This document shows, piece after piece, positions 45,667-54,828 of a stretch of 64,000 nucleotides of DNA; position 1 is the stretch's first letter; every line of letters starts with the position of its first letter. The DNA is from a virus. The DNA lies in the IMG/VR virus record IMGVR_UViG_3300015371_000010, positions 1 through 64,000 of that record. The stretch is one strand, 5' to 3'. Both the position numbers and the translations under genes were made by a program. The notes under the pieces are model-generated. The model was not told the DNA's origin and did not search any database. It was given only the letters and a program-made list of their open reading frames with translations.

Positions 45667-46275
45667 TCAGGACTCGGGCGAGACGAACTGGCCGGTGTCC
45701 GGGTCGCGCGGCAGGTCGCCGGGCAGGGTGTTGTCCGGGTGCGGGTCGTCCGGGTTGGACGGCAGGTCGCCGGGCAGGGTGTTGTCCGGGTGCGGCTGGG
45801 AGTCGTCGGGCTCGGTGGCTCCGCTGTCCTGGCCATCGTCCGGCTCGGGCGGCTCCTCGGTGCTGCCGTCCGGCGGAGGCTCTTCGGAGCCGGTGTCGCC
45901 ACCAGTGTCGGGCTCGACCGGGGTCTCCGGGTTTGCACCGATCTGGTTGAGCTCGTCGATCTGCTCGTTGATCGCGTCTGCGGCCTGGCTGGCCTGGTCA
46001 AGGGCCTCCTGGAGCTGCTGCTGCATCGCAGCGTCGTCGAGCTCCTCGTCGGCCAGGGCCTGGTTGGCGGCGTCCAGAGCCTCCTGGAGCTCCTGAACCT
46101 TGCCGGCGAACCGGGCGTTGATGTCGTCCACGGCGGACTGAAGGTCTGCCACCGACTTGCTGAGATCTGCCATGCGCTTCTCCATCTGGTCGAGAGTGTC
46201 AATGATGTAGAACAGCAGCTGTCGATCCGACAGGCCACTCAGGGGAACGAGCACCCTGGTCTCGGGGTCAGCCAT
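45667..46275 (-). CDS. Acidic coiled-coil protein with PHPDNTLPGDLP repeats
   Basis: 202 aa; 36-nt direct repeat at 45709-45744 and 45760-45795. Confidence 0.75.
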   Translation of the reverse strand: MADPETRVLVPLSGLSDRQLLFYIIDTLDQMEKRMADLSKSVADLQSAVDDINARFAGKVQELQEALDAANQALADEELDDAAMQQQLQEALDQASQAADAINEQIDELNQIGANPETPVEPDTGGDTGSEEPPPDGSTEEPPEPDDGQDSGATEPDDSQPHPDNTLPGDLPSNPDDPHPDNTLPGDLPRDPDTGQFVSPES

Positions 46276-46328
46276 AGCCTCAACTTAGTCAGTCTGTCTA
46301 GGCGTGACATCGCTGCGACGATGGGGGC

Positions 46329-48224
46329 ATGGCAGACGTTCGGCTTCCTCAGGGCGACATCTCCACCTGGGACGAGGACAACGCCGGGGATGAGATCCCG
46401 CAGCGCGTCGGACCCATGGAGGAGCTCGGTGTCACCGGGGTCAAGCGCGTCTCCGGCTACATCGACGAGGAGTTCCTGCCGGCACTGCGTGGCCGCAAGG
46501 CGGTCCGGGTCTACCGGGAGATGTCGGCCAACGACTCGATGGTCGGCGCCCTGCTGTTCAGCATCGACAAGCTGATCCGCGAGGTGGAGTGGAAGGTGCT
46601 CCCCGCCGAGCAGACCGATGAGGGGGTGCTGGCCCAGGAGTTCCTGGAGTCCTGCATGGAGGACATGTCCCACAGCTGGGACGACTTCATCGGTGAGGTG
46701 CTCTCCATGATGATCTACGGCTGGAGCTGGCACGAGATCGTCTACAAGCGTCGGATCGGGCCCTGGGAGAAGGACCCGAGGAAGCGGAGCAAGTACGAGG
46801 ATGGGCTGATCGGCTGGCGGAAGATGCCGATCCGGGCGCAGGAGACGATGCTGCGGTGGAGCTTCGACGAGACCGGTGGAGTCCGTGCGTTGGTCCAGAT
46901 GGCGCCGCCCCGCTACCAGACCACGGTGATCCCGATCGAGAAGTCGATCCTGTTCCGCACCAGCATCGCCAAGGGCAACCCGGAGGGTGTCTCCTTGCTC
47001 CGTACCGCCTACCGGGCCTGGTACTTCAAGAAGCGGCTCGAAGAGTTCGAGGCGATCGGGGTGGAGCGCGACCTGGCCGGCATGCCCGTCGGTAGGGTCC
47101 CCGCCGACTACCTGACCGCTCAGAAGGGCACGCCCCAGGCCAAGACGGTGGAGGCCTTCCGGAAGATGGTCCGAGGCGTCCGCCGGGACGAGAACGAAGG
47201 CCTGGTGCTGCCCACCCAGTACGACCCGGACACCAAGCAGCCGCTGTTCGACTTCGAGCTGATGAGCTCGGGTGGCACCCGGCAGTTCGACACCAACTCG
47301 ATCATCCAGCGCTATGAGCAGCGGATCCTGATGAGCGTGCTGGCCGACTTCATCCTGGTCGGCCACGAGTCCACCGGCTCCTACTCGCTGCACACCGACA
47401 AGACCGGCATCTTCCGGGCCGCGCTGAACGCGATCACCAAGGCCATCGCGGACACCCTGAACCGGTACGCGGTGCCCCGGCTGTTCGCGGTCAACGGCTG
47501 GAAGCTGGACCAGCTGCCTCGGTTCGAGCCCACCAACGTCGACCCGCCTGACCTGCAGCAACTGGCTGCCTTCATCTCCTCCACCGCCGGCGCCGGCATG
47601 CAGTGGTTCCCGGACCCGGAGCTGGAGAAGTACGTCCGCGAGATCGCCCGCCTGCCGGAGATGACCGACGAGGACGTGGACTACAAGAGGATGATGCTGG
47701 AGCAGGAGAAGGCGATGGAGTACGGGCAGAGCCAGATGGAGCTGCTCGGGATCCAGCAGAAGGCCGAGCTCACCGCCCAGGGCATGACCCCGGAGCAGGC
47801 CGAGATGCACGCCGCGACCCCACACCCAGCCACCCAGGAGCAGGAGCTGCAGATGCAGGAGCAGCAGATGGCCCTGCAGAACCAGCCGCCGCCGGAAGAC
47901 CCGAACGCGGAGAAGCAGCACGGCCGGGAGCTGCAGCGGATGCAGGCCGAGGAGAAGGTGGCCCAGTCCGCGCACGGCCGGGAGAAGGAGAAGCTGCGGC
48001 TCCAGGACGTGATGGCCGAGCGCGACCACAAGCGAACCAAGGAGCAGTTGCGGCTCAAGGATCGCTCGGCTGCCCAGCAGGCCAAGCTGCAGAGTCAGTC
48101 CATGAAGGACAAGGCCAAGTTCGGTCGTCCGGTGGCCGGGAAGAAGCAGCCGGCCACGCCGCCCAAGAAGGGGGCGGCCAAGAAGATGCCACCGCGGAAG
48201 CAGCCGCCGAAGAAGAGAGGCTGA
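46329..48224 (+). CDS. Portal protein (DUF935/Mu gp29-like) with long C-terminal extension
   Basis: YREMSAND, YGWS.HEIVY, GNPEG.SLLR.AY.AWYFK, ERDLAG.P, GSYSL. Confidence 0.9.
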   Translation: MADVRLPQGDISTWDEDNAGDEIPQRVGPMEELGVTGVKRVSGYIDEEFLPALRGRKAVRVYREMSANDSMVGALLFSIDKLIREVEWKVLPAEQTDEGVLAQEFLESCMEDMSHSWDDFIGEVLSMMIYGWSWHEIVYKRRIGPWEKDPRKRSKYEDGLIGWRKMPIRAQETMLRWSFDETGGVRALVQMAPPRYQTTVIPIEKSILFRTSIAKGNPEGVSLLRTAYRAWYFKKRLEEFEAIGVERDLAGMPVGRVPADYLTAQKGTPQAKTVEAFRKMVRGVRRDENEGLVLPTQYDPDTKQPLFDFELMSSGGTRQFDTNSIIQRYEQRILMSVLADFILVGHESTGSYSLHTDKTGIFRAALNAITKAIADTLNRYAVPRLFAVNGWKLDQLPRFEPTNVDPPDLQQLAAFISSTAGAGMQWFPDPELEKYVREIARLPEMTDEDVDYKRMMLEQEKAMEYGQSQMELLGIQQKAELTAQGMTPEQAEMHAATPHPATQEQELQMQEQQMALQNQPPPEDPNAEKQHGRELQRMQAEEKVAQSAHGREKEKLRLQDVMAERDHKRTKEQLRLKDRSAAQQAKLQSQSMKDKAKFGRPVAGKKQPATPPKKGAAKKMPPRKQPPKKRG

Positions 48225-48225
48225 G

Positions 48226-51200
48226 ATGCCGTACGCCAGTAACAAGCAGGCCGCCTACATGCACATCCATCACCCGGATATCGCGGCCAAGTGGCACGAG
48301 GCAGGCCACGGCTACGTCAAGGGCGGCAAGAACGACCCGGCCAAGAAGAAGCGCAAGGTGCGGAAGAACGCCCAGATGCAGGGCTGGCTCAAGCCGCTGA
48401 GCGTCGGCGTGATCGGCGGGGCGCTGGCCAACCAGTTCCCCTCCTACGAGGAGCGGGAGCGGCGCAGGGCGCTCAAGGCCCGGCGCAAGGGTCAGATCAA
48501 GAAGATGCAGGCGCCGGCCTCGGACGACCCCCACTACAACCAGGAGGCGGCTCAGAAGGCCTTCGACCTGGTGATGAAGATGGACGACGACACCGCCGAG
48601 GTGTTCTGCCACGTCGTGACCTCGGACTACTTCGAGGAGACGGTGGAGAAGAACCTGGGCACCCTGCAGCGCCATCTCAACGAGACCCTGCAGGCTCAGC
48701 TGGCGGACCTGAAGAAGGCGCACGTCCGGCTGGTGGCCAAGGGCATGGACAGCCAGGAGGCGGTCGCCTACGCCCAGGCCATCGCGCTGATCGAGAAGCA
48801 GCTGGCCGACCCGATCAGCAAGGCGCAGGGCAAGAAGAACCCCTACCAGTACGGCTATGTCTGGCGGGAGCAGGACTTCAACCGGGACCCGGGCTCCGGT
48901 CAGTTCCGGACCAAGATCAGCCACAACCAGACCAAGGAGCTGGACGACAAGGTCTTCACCCAGCTCACCGGGGCATCCACGCCGTCCCGGTCGCGCAGTG
49001 GCAAGAAGCTGACCGAGGAGGACCGGGTCCGGTTCCAGGACGAGTACCGCCAGCTGTCCGGCTTCATGCAGGCGGTGCGGGCCTCCACCGGTCCCGGCGG
49101 CAACACCTCGGTGATGCTGCACTACCGGGACCGGAACGGGAACGACTTCTCCCAGGTGCACTTCGGTACCAAGCCGCCGATCGACGACCTGGCCGACCCG
49201 GACTTCAGGCTGCTGGGGGTGGAGGCCAAGCCGACCACGCTGACCGCCGGCGGAGCTGCCTTCGGACTGGCCACCGCGCTGGGCGGCGGGATGAACTCCC
49301 AGCAGATCGAGGCGATCAACAACGTCGAGGGCGGGGCTGGTCGGTCCTTCTCGGAGAAGTGGCTCTCCTCGGGAGACGCCCAGAACTCCAACGCCAAGCT
49401 GTACGGCCGGCTGGCGGCCAGCGGGGATCTGATCTCCTCGGTGGGTGGGCCCAAGGCCCAGATGGCCGGCAAGTTCGCCTCGATCGTGGGCAGTGCCGGT
49501 CCGCAGGCCGAGGCGGTGCTGGGCCCGACCACGCGCAAGACCGCCTACCGATACCGGGGCACCGAGAAGAGTCCGGAGCGGAACCTGGTCCGGGCCTACG
49601 ACCAGGGCATCAAGCAGGGCAAGGTCTGGGGCGACCTGTCCGAGGCCGAGCAGGAAGAGGCTGTCCGCGGCTATGCCACCCGCCCGCGTGGGAAGGCGCC
49701 ACGGGCCAAGGAAGGTGGAGCGCCGCAGGTTCACCGGATGGCCGAGAACCGGATGGCCCTGGAGCAGCGCGCTCCGGAGTGGGGCGAGCGGGAACCGGGT
49801 CGACGGGCCATCGTGGACCATCTGCGGGCCAAGCTGCCCAAGAAGAACCTCTACGAGCTTCAGCTGGCCAGCGGGAACACGCCACCGTCCGAGGGCGTGA
49901 TCCTGAATGCGGATGGGCAGATCGTCACCCAGGCGGTGGGTTACGGCGATGATCACTACCTCCCGTTCAACCTGAAGAACCTCAAGGGTCTGAAGGGCGG
50001 GGAGTACATCCGTACCCGGAGCGTCGGCGGGCTGACCAGCGAAGACATCTACACCGCGATGATGATGGGAGCCCGCCGGGTCACGGTCACCTCGCGCTCG
50101 GGCACCTACGTGATGGAGTTCGAGCCGGACTTCAGGGGCGGGCGTCGGCACAACGACAAGGCCCGCCGGATGACCAGGCGCTACGAGCAGCTCCTGGACG
50201 CGGTGCAGTCCCAGCAGGTGGAGCGGATCGACATCGACCCGGAGATGCGCCAGCAGATCGAGAACGAGGTCAAGGAGGAGATGTCGGGCGCTGGCTGGAC
50301 CCAGCGGGACCGAATGGAGGCGATCCGGGAGCGGATCGATGAGTTCAAGGAGAACCCCTACATCACCGAGCAGGACGAGAAGCGGGCCGAGGCGATCATC
50401 ACTTCCCGGGGCGCCAACGCCAGTGAGGCGGAGAAGGCCAGGATCCGGGCCTCGGTCTACGACGACCTGATGGACCAGAAGGAGACCAAGTTCCGGCTGA
50501 ACAGCGCCGGCTACAAGGCCGCCCTGGACGCGCTGCAGGAGCAGTTCCCCTACTACATCAAGCAGCCGCGCTGGACCCCGCCTCGGGACGAGGGCAAGAA
50601 GATCGAGACCGCGCTGGACCGCGGCTATGTGGAGCCGGGCCGGAACCGGCCCACGGCGGCCAAGGCCGGCCTGTACGGCACCAAGGCCAACCCGGGCCAG
50701 AAGTTCTCTGCTTCCCACGCCGACTACCAGGGCACTCGACACGCGCCCGGTCGGGCCGTCCCGGTGGAGACCGAGGAGGCCGCTGCCGTCAGTGCCGGCG
50801 GGGACCGGAAGAGCACCGAGAAGGAGCGGCGCAAGGCACTGGCCGGGGCCCAGAACGAGTACAAGGTCTCCGAGGTGGCGACCAAGATCCAGGAGAACGC
50901 CAAGGGCAAGCTCGGGCCGAAGTCCCAGGCCGACCCGGACATCAAGCGGTACCTGGACATGACTGGCGATGAGCTGAAGGACGCCGACAACCTGGAGGGC
51001 TTCAACAACTGGGTGGGCCGGTACCTGGGCATGGCCGAGGTCAACGAACCCGGTCTGCGCCGGGAGTGGGAAGCGGCCTACGGCGGGCTGAACCGGGAGA
51101 AGTTCGACCGGAAGAACATCCAGAGCTACCCCAAGTTCCCGCCCAAGTTCGATGAGGACGCCTACGAGGCCGGGGCCAGCCGGAGCGAGGTCGACAAGGA

Positions 51201-51807
51201 GCTGAACCGGATCGACCGGAAGGCACGCAGCGGGGTGGTGAACGCGGTGCCACTGTCCGGGATGACCGAGCAGGAGTACGCCTCGGAGCACCGAGCGCTG
51301 GCCGGGATGCACCGGGCGCTGCAGATCAACCCGGAGCAGCCGCTGTCCAACGCCGTGCTGCAGGACCTGGGCGTGGACACCACCGCGCCGGCGGTAGCCA
51401 AGCTGCGCCGGGATCCGGACGCGATCGTGGAGCAGATGGAGTACCTCCAGCGGGCCCGGGCGCTGACCAGCGGCATGTCCTCGGAGACCCGAGAGGCACG
51501 GCAGAGCGCGGCCACCCAACGTGAGGTGGTCCGGGCCCAGCCGCAGACCAAGACGGCTCGCGCGGCGGTGACCGGGAACGTGCAGGCCAACATCAACCTG
51601 GCTCGATCGATCGCAGATCAGCTGGAGACGCTGGAGGACAAGGACGAGGACGAGATCGAGACGATTCGGAACCTGGCCTCGGACTGGGAGGAAGGAGCCG
51701 GCGAGCTCACCAACCCGGAGCAGACGCAGGCGTTCAACGCAGTACACGATGACGCACTGCGGACGCTGATGCGGGCGATGCACCGGCTCAACAACCCGAG
51801 TAGCTGA
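48226..51807 (+). CDS. Large head-associated protein (1193 aa)
   Basis: Between portal and MuF-like gene; strong GC3 bias; possible degenerate JAB-like domain. Confidence 0.75.
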   Translation: MPYASNKQAAYMHIHHPDIAAKWHEAGHGYVKGGKNDPAKKKRKVRKNAQMQGWLKPLSVGVIGGALANQFPSYEERERRRALKARRKGQIKKMQAPASDDPHYNQEAAQKAFDLVMKMDDDTAEVFCHVVTSDYFEETVEKNLGTLQRHLNETLQAQLADLKKAHVRLVAKGMDSQEAVAYAQAIALIEKQLADPISKAQGKKNPYQYGYVWREQDFNRDPGSGQFRTKISHNQTKELDDKVFTQLTGASTPSRSRSGKKLTEEDRVRFQDEYRQLSGFMQAVRASTGPGGNTSVMLHYRDRNGNDFSQVHFGTKPPIDDLADPDFRLLGVEAKPTTLTAGGAAFGLATALGGGMNSQQIEAINNVEGGAGRSFSEKWLSSGDAQNSNAKLYGRLAASGDLISSVGGPKAQMAGKFASIVGSAGPQAEAVLGPTTRKTAYRYRGTEKSPERNLVRAYDQGIKQGKVWGDLSEAEQEEAVRGYATRPRGKAPRAKEGGAPQVHRMAENRMALEQRAPEWGEREPGRRAIVDHLRAKLPKKNLYELQLASGNTPPSEGVILNADGQIVTQAVGYGDDHYLPFNLKNLKGLKGGEYIRTRSVGGLTSEDIYTAMMMGARRVTVTSRSGTYVMEFEPDFRGGRRHNDKARRMTRRYEQLLDAVQSQQVERIDIDPEMRQQIENEVKEEMSGAGWTQRDRMEAIRERIDEFKENPYITEQDEKRAEAIITSRGANASEAEKARIRASVYDDLMDQKETKFRLNSAGYKAALDALQEQFPYYIKQPRWTPPRDEGKKIETALDRGYVEPGRNRPTAAKAGLYGTKANPGQKFSASHADYQGTRHAPGRAVPVETEEAAAVSAGGDRKSTEKERRKALAGAQNEYKVSEVATKIQENAKGKLGPKSQADPDIKRYLDMTGDELKDADNLEGFNNWVGRYLGMAEVNEPGLRREWEAAYGGLNREKFDRKNIQSYPKFPPKFDEDAYEAGASRSEVDKELNRIDRKARSGVVNAVPLSGMTEQEYASEHRALAGMHRALQINPEQPLSNAVLQDLGVDTTAPAVAKLRRDPDAIVEQMEYLQRARALTSGMSSETREARQSAATQREVVRAQPQTKTARAAVTGNVQANINLARSIADQLETLEDKDEDEIETIRNLASDWEEGAGELTNPEQTQAFNAVHDDALRTLMRAMHRLNNPSS

Positions 51808-53783
51808 TGACCACAGCCCCGTACGTTGAGCTCCGGTTCAACCCGACGGACCTGCGACCCCAGGACATCCCTCGTGCCGGGGCCTACCTGGGGTCGCCGG
51901 CCCGGGCCATCGAGGCGGCCCTGGCGGTGGCTCGGGCCTCGATGGTGGACCAGATGAAGAAGGAGGTCCGGGGGCTCTCCCAGCCCACCCACAACCAGCT
52001 GCTCCGGATCGCGGACCTGGCCTGGCAGGCCACGTTCTGGCGGTTCCGGAAGGTCTCCGCCCCGGTGATCGCGGATGCCTACCTGCACGCCTACCGGGAC
52101 GCGGACGCCGGCGACGTGCCGGCCAGCCTGATCTACGACCTGGCCGACAAGCACGCGGAGAAGATCGGGGACTACTTCCACGCCACCTCCCGAGAGGCCC
52201 TGGCCGAGGGGTTCAACGGGCTGGTGAACCGGCGGGTCCCGGCCCGAGCGGCGGCGGACCGGGTGCTGGATGCCTACGGACTGACCCCACGGCAGATGCG
52301 TACCTACACCGCGGCCAAGCAGTTCGACACCCCGGTCAGTGATGTGATGCCCCGCTCGATCAAGGCCAAGGCCCGGGCCTACATCGACAAGGCGTTCACC
52401 ACCCGGAACCGGAAGCTGTCTGACCAGGAGGAGCACAACATCGACGAGCAGGCCAAGCAGCTGGCCTGGATGTGGCTCCAGGACAAGGGCCGGCTCAACG
52501 ACCGGGCCCAGAAGATGTGGCTGACCGCCAAGGACGAGCGGGTCTGCCCGGTCTGTGGTCCGCTGCACGGCAAGAAGGTCGGGATCAACGAGAAGTTCGT
52601 GACCCACCAGGGCGAGTTCTGGTCGCCGGGGCTGCACCCGAACTGCCGCTGTGAGCTCCGGCTGATCGAGAACAAGTTCTCCAAGGCCGACTGGGATCCC
52701 CAGGAGCACCCGCGCGGAGGCGACCCCGAGAACCGGGGCCGGTTCTCCCGAGTGGCGTCCCGGCCTGGCCCGCTGTTCAAGGAGCCGGACCGGCCGGTGA
52801 TCGAGACCACCGAGGAGGAGGCGCCGGTGGAGATGGCCTCCGAGACGGTGGAGATGGTCGGCAACGTGGAGATGAACCAGAAGGTCGAGATGACTCCGGT
52901 GGAGATGATCCGGCCGGAGATGACCCGGGGCCGGGCCGAGCTGATCCAGCCGGAGCTGACCGACGAGCGCAGGCGGGAGCTCCTGGAGATGACCGTCACC
53001 CCGCAGATGCGGCTGGAGATGGAGCGCAGCTTCGCCGACATCATCGCGGAGGGAGAGCGCAGGCGTCCGACGAAGCGGCCCAAGCGCGTCTACGACCGGC
53101 CGACCATCTCGATCCAGGACGAGAACGGGCACGAGTACCCGGTCTACGCGGTGGTGGACCGCAATGACGACGTGAACTGGCACGGAGGCAAGATGCAGTT
53201 GCACCAGGACGTGCGCTTCTACACCTCGCAGTCCCAGGCCTACCGGATCGCCACCGACAAGTTCGAGCAGGCCATCGAGGACGAGTACGACGCCATCATC
53301 GGCAGTGGCCGGCACAACCAGAAGCAGTGGCTGGGCAACCAGCAGTACGAGCTGATCTTCGACGAGGAGGACGTGTACAACGCTGTCATCTGGACCGCCT
53401 ACCAGGGTCGGGTGCCGGAAGGGATGGAGGCGCCCACGCACAGCTCGGTGGTGGCGGAGTTCCACGGCACCGGTCCGACCAGCGAGATCATCGAGCGGGA
53501 GATGAGCCTGAACGAAGCGGCCCGGTTGCTCAACATCGACCGGCGCAACTTCGACGTGCAGATCCTGCGGATGGACGAGGGCCATGCCTCCTACGAGGGC
53601 CAGACCACTGAGCTGGAGCACGGGACTCGGAAGGCCGACCAGGTCTGGGTGACCGAGGGGATCTACAACGTGACCCCGCTGCACGGCGAGATGGTGGACG
53701 AGACCCTCTCCCTGCAGCTGAACTACATCGAGCCGGACGTGGAGGAGACCGAGCGTCCGCTGCCACGGGGGATTCTCGACTAG
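51807..53783 (+). CDS. MuF-like head morphogenesis protein with C-terminal extension
   Basis: KMWLTAKDERVCPVCGPLHG...PGLHPNCRC. Confidence 0.85.
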   Translation: MTTAPYVELRFNPTDLRPQDIPRAGAYLGSPARAIEAALAVARASMVDQMKKEVRGLSQPTHNQLLRIADLAWQATFWRFRKVSAPVIADAYLHAYRDADAGDVPASLIYDLADKHAEKIGDYFHATSREALAEGFNGLVNRRVPARAAADRVLDAYGLTPRQMRTYTAAKQFDTPVSDVMPRSIKAKARAYIDKAFTTRNRKLSDQEEHNIDEQAKQLAWMWLQDKGRLNDRAQKMWLTAKDERVCPVCGPLHGKKVGINEKFVTHQGEFWSPGLHPNCRCELRLIENKFSKADWDPQEHPRGGDPENRGRFSRVASRPGPLFKEPDRPVIETTEEEAPVEMASETVEMVGNVEMNQKVEMTPVEMIRPEMTRGRAELIQPELTDERRRELLEMTVTPQMRLEMERSFADIIAEGERRRPTKRPKRVYDRPTISIQDENGHEYPVYAVVDRNDDVNWHGGKMQLHQDVRFYTSQSQAYRIATDKFEQAIEDEYDAIIGSGRHNQKQWLGNQQYELIFDEEDVYNAVIWTAYQGRVPEGMEAPTHSSVVAEFHGTGPTSEIIEREMSLNEAARLLNIDRRNFDVQILRMDEGHASYEGQTTELEHGTRKADQVWVTEGIYNVTPLHGEMVDETLSLQLNYIEPDVEETERPLPRGILD

Positions 53784-53805
53784 CGCAGGTGAGGACGATG
53801 AACAC

Positions 53806-54828
53806 ATGAGCAACGTGCGCGAGCTGCTGGCCACGGATGAGACGTTCCGCGAGGTGGCCGACCTGTTGTTCGGCGGTGGCGCCGACGAGCTGATCAGCAA
53901 GATGAGCCCGACCCAGTCTGACCTGGCCGCTCACGAGCGGAAGAAGCGCAAGATCACCGCTGGGCTGAGCGCGGTGGGCGCCGGCGCCGGGGCGGCTGGA
54001 CTGGCGCTGGGCACGCACAACCTGCGGCGTGGCTACCTGGCCGCGCGGGCCGGGCAGAAGGCCAACTTCGCCTTCCATGCACCTGGGGCCAAGCGGAAGG
54101 CGCTGAAGACCGCGGTCAGCCACGAGAAGCTGGCCACCGGCCTGGTGCCCCTGGAGGTGGCCGGTCTGGGCGGGGAGATCATGGCGACCAAGATCCTGCA
54201 CGGGGACACGAAGAAGAAGGGCTCCCTGGTCAAGAAGGACCTGGGTGAGCTGCTGAACAACGCTTCGGACTCCAAGAGTCAGCTGACCCGAGCCAAGATC
54301 CCCAGCCCGAAGCAGGTCGCGGCCAAGAAGGGGATCGAGTACACCGCCAAGTCGGGGGTGCTGAAGAAGCTCCCGGACAAGGTGCTGACCCATCACAAGG
54401 TCAAGAAGAACGAGGAGCCCAGCGAGGTCGACGTGATCTGGGAGGGCGAGTTCGCCAAGGCCGACCCGGACAAGCAGCAGGTCTTCGGCTGGGCCAGCGT
54501 GGTCGAGGTCAACGGCGAGCCGGTGGTGGACCTGCAGGGCGACGTGATCGCGCCGGAGGAGATGGAGAAGGCCGGCTACGAGTACGTGATGAAGTCCCGC
54601 AAGGGCGGGGACATGCACCTGCGGAACAACTGGGAGCCGATCAAGAAGTCGGAGATGATCGAGAGCTTCATCGTCACCGAGGAGAAGCGCGAGGCCATGG
54701 GCCTTCCCGACTCGGTACCGACGGGCTGGTGGGTCGGCTTCCAGGTCCAGGACCCCGAGGTGTGGTCGATGATCAAGGACGGCCGGCGTACGGGCTTCTC
54801 GATCCACGGTCACGGCAAGCGTTCATGA
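53806..54828 (+). CDS. XkdF-like prohead protease
   Basis: KQQVFGWASV, DLQGDVI, DMH, GWWVGF, W..IKDG..TGFSIHG. Confidence 0.85.
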   Translation: MSNVRELLATDETFREVADLLFGGGADELISKMSPTQSDLAAHERKKRKITAGLSAVGAGAGAAGLALGTHNLRRGYLAARAGQKANFAFHAPGAKRKALKTAVSHEKLATGLVPLEVAGLGGEIMATKILHGDTKKKGSLVKKDLGELLNNASDSKSQLTRAKIPSPKQVAAKKGIEYTAKSGVLKKLPDKVLTHHKVKKNEEPSEVDVIWEGEFAKADPDKQQVFGWASVVEVNGEPVVDLQGDVIAPEEMEKAGYEYVMKSRKGGDMHLRNNWEPIKKSEMIESFIVTEEKREAMGLPDSVPTGWWVGFQVQDPEVWSMIKDGRRTGFSIHGHGKRS

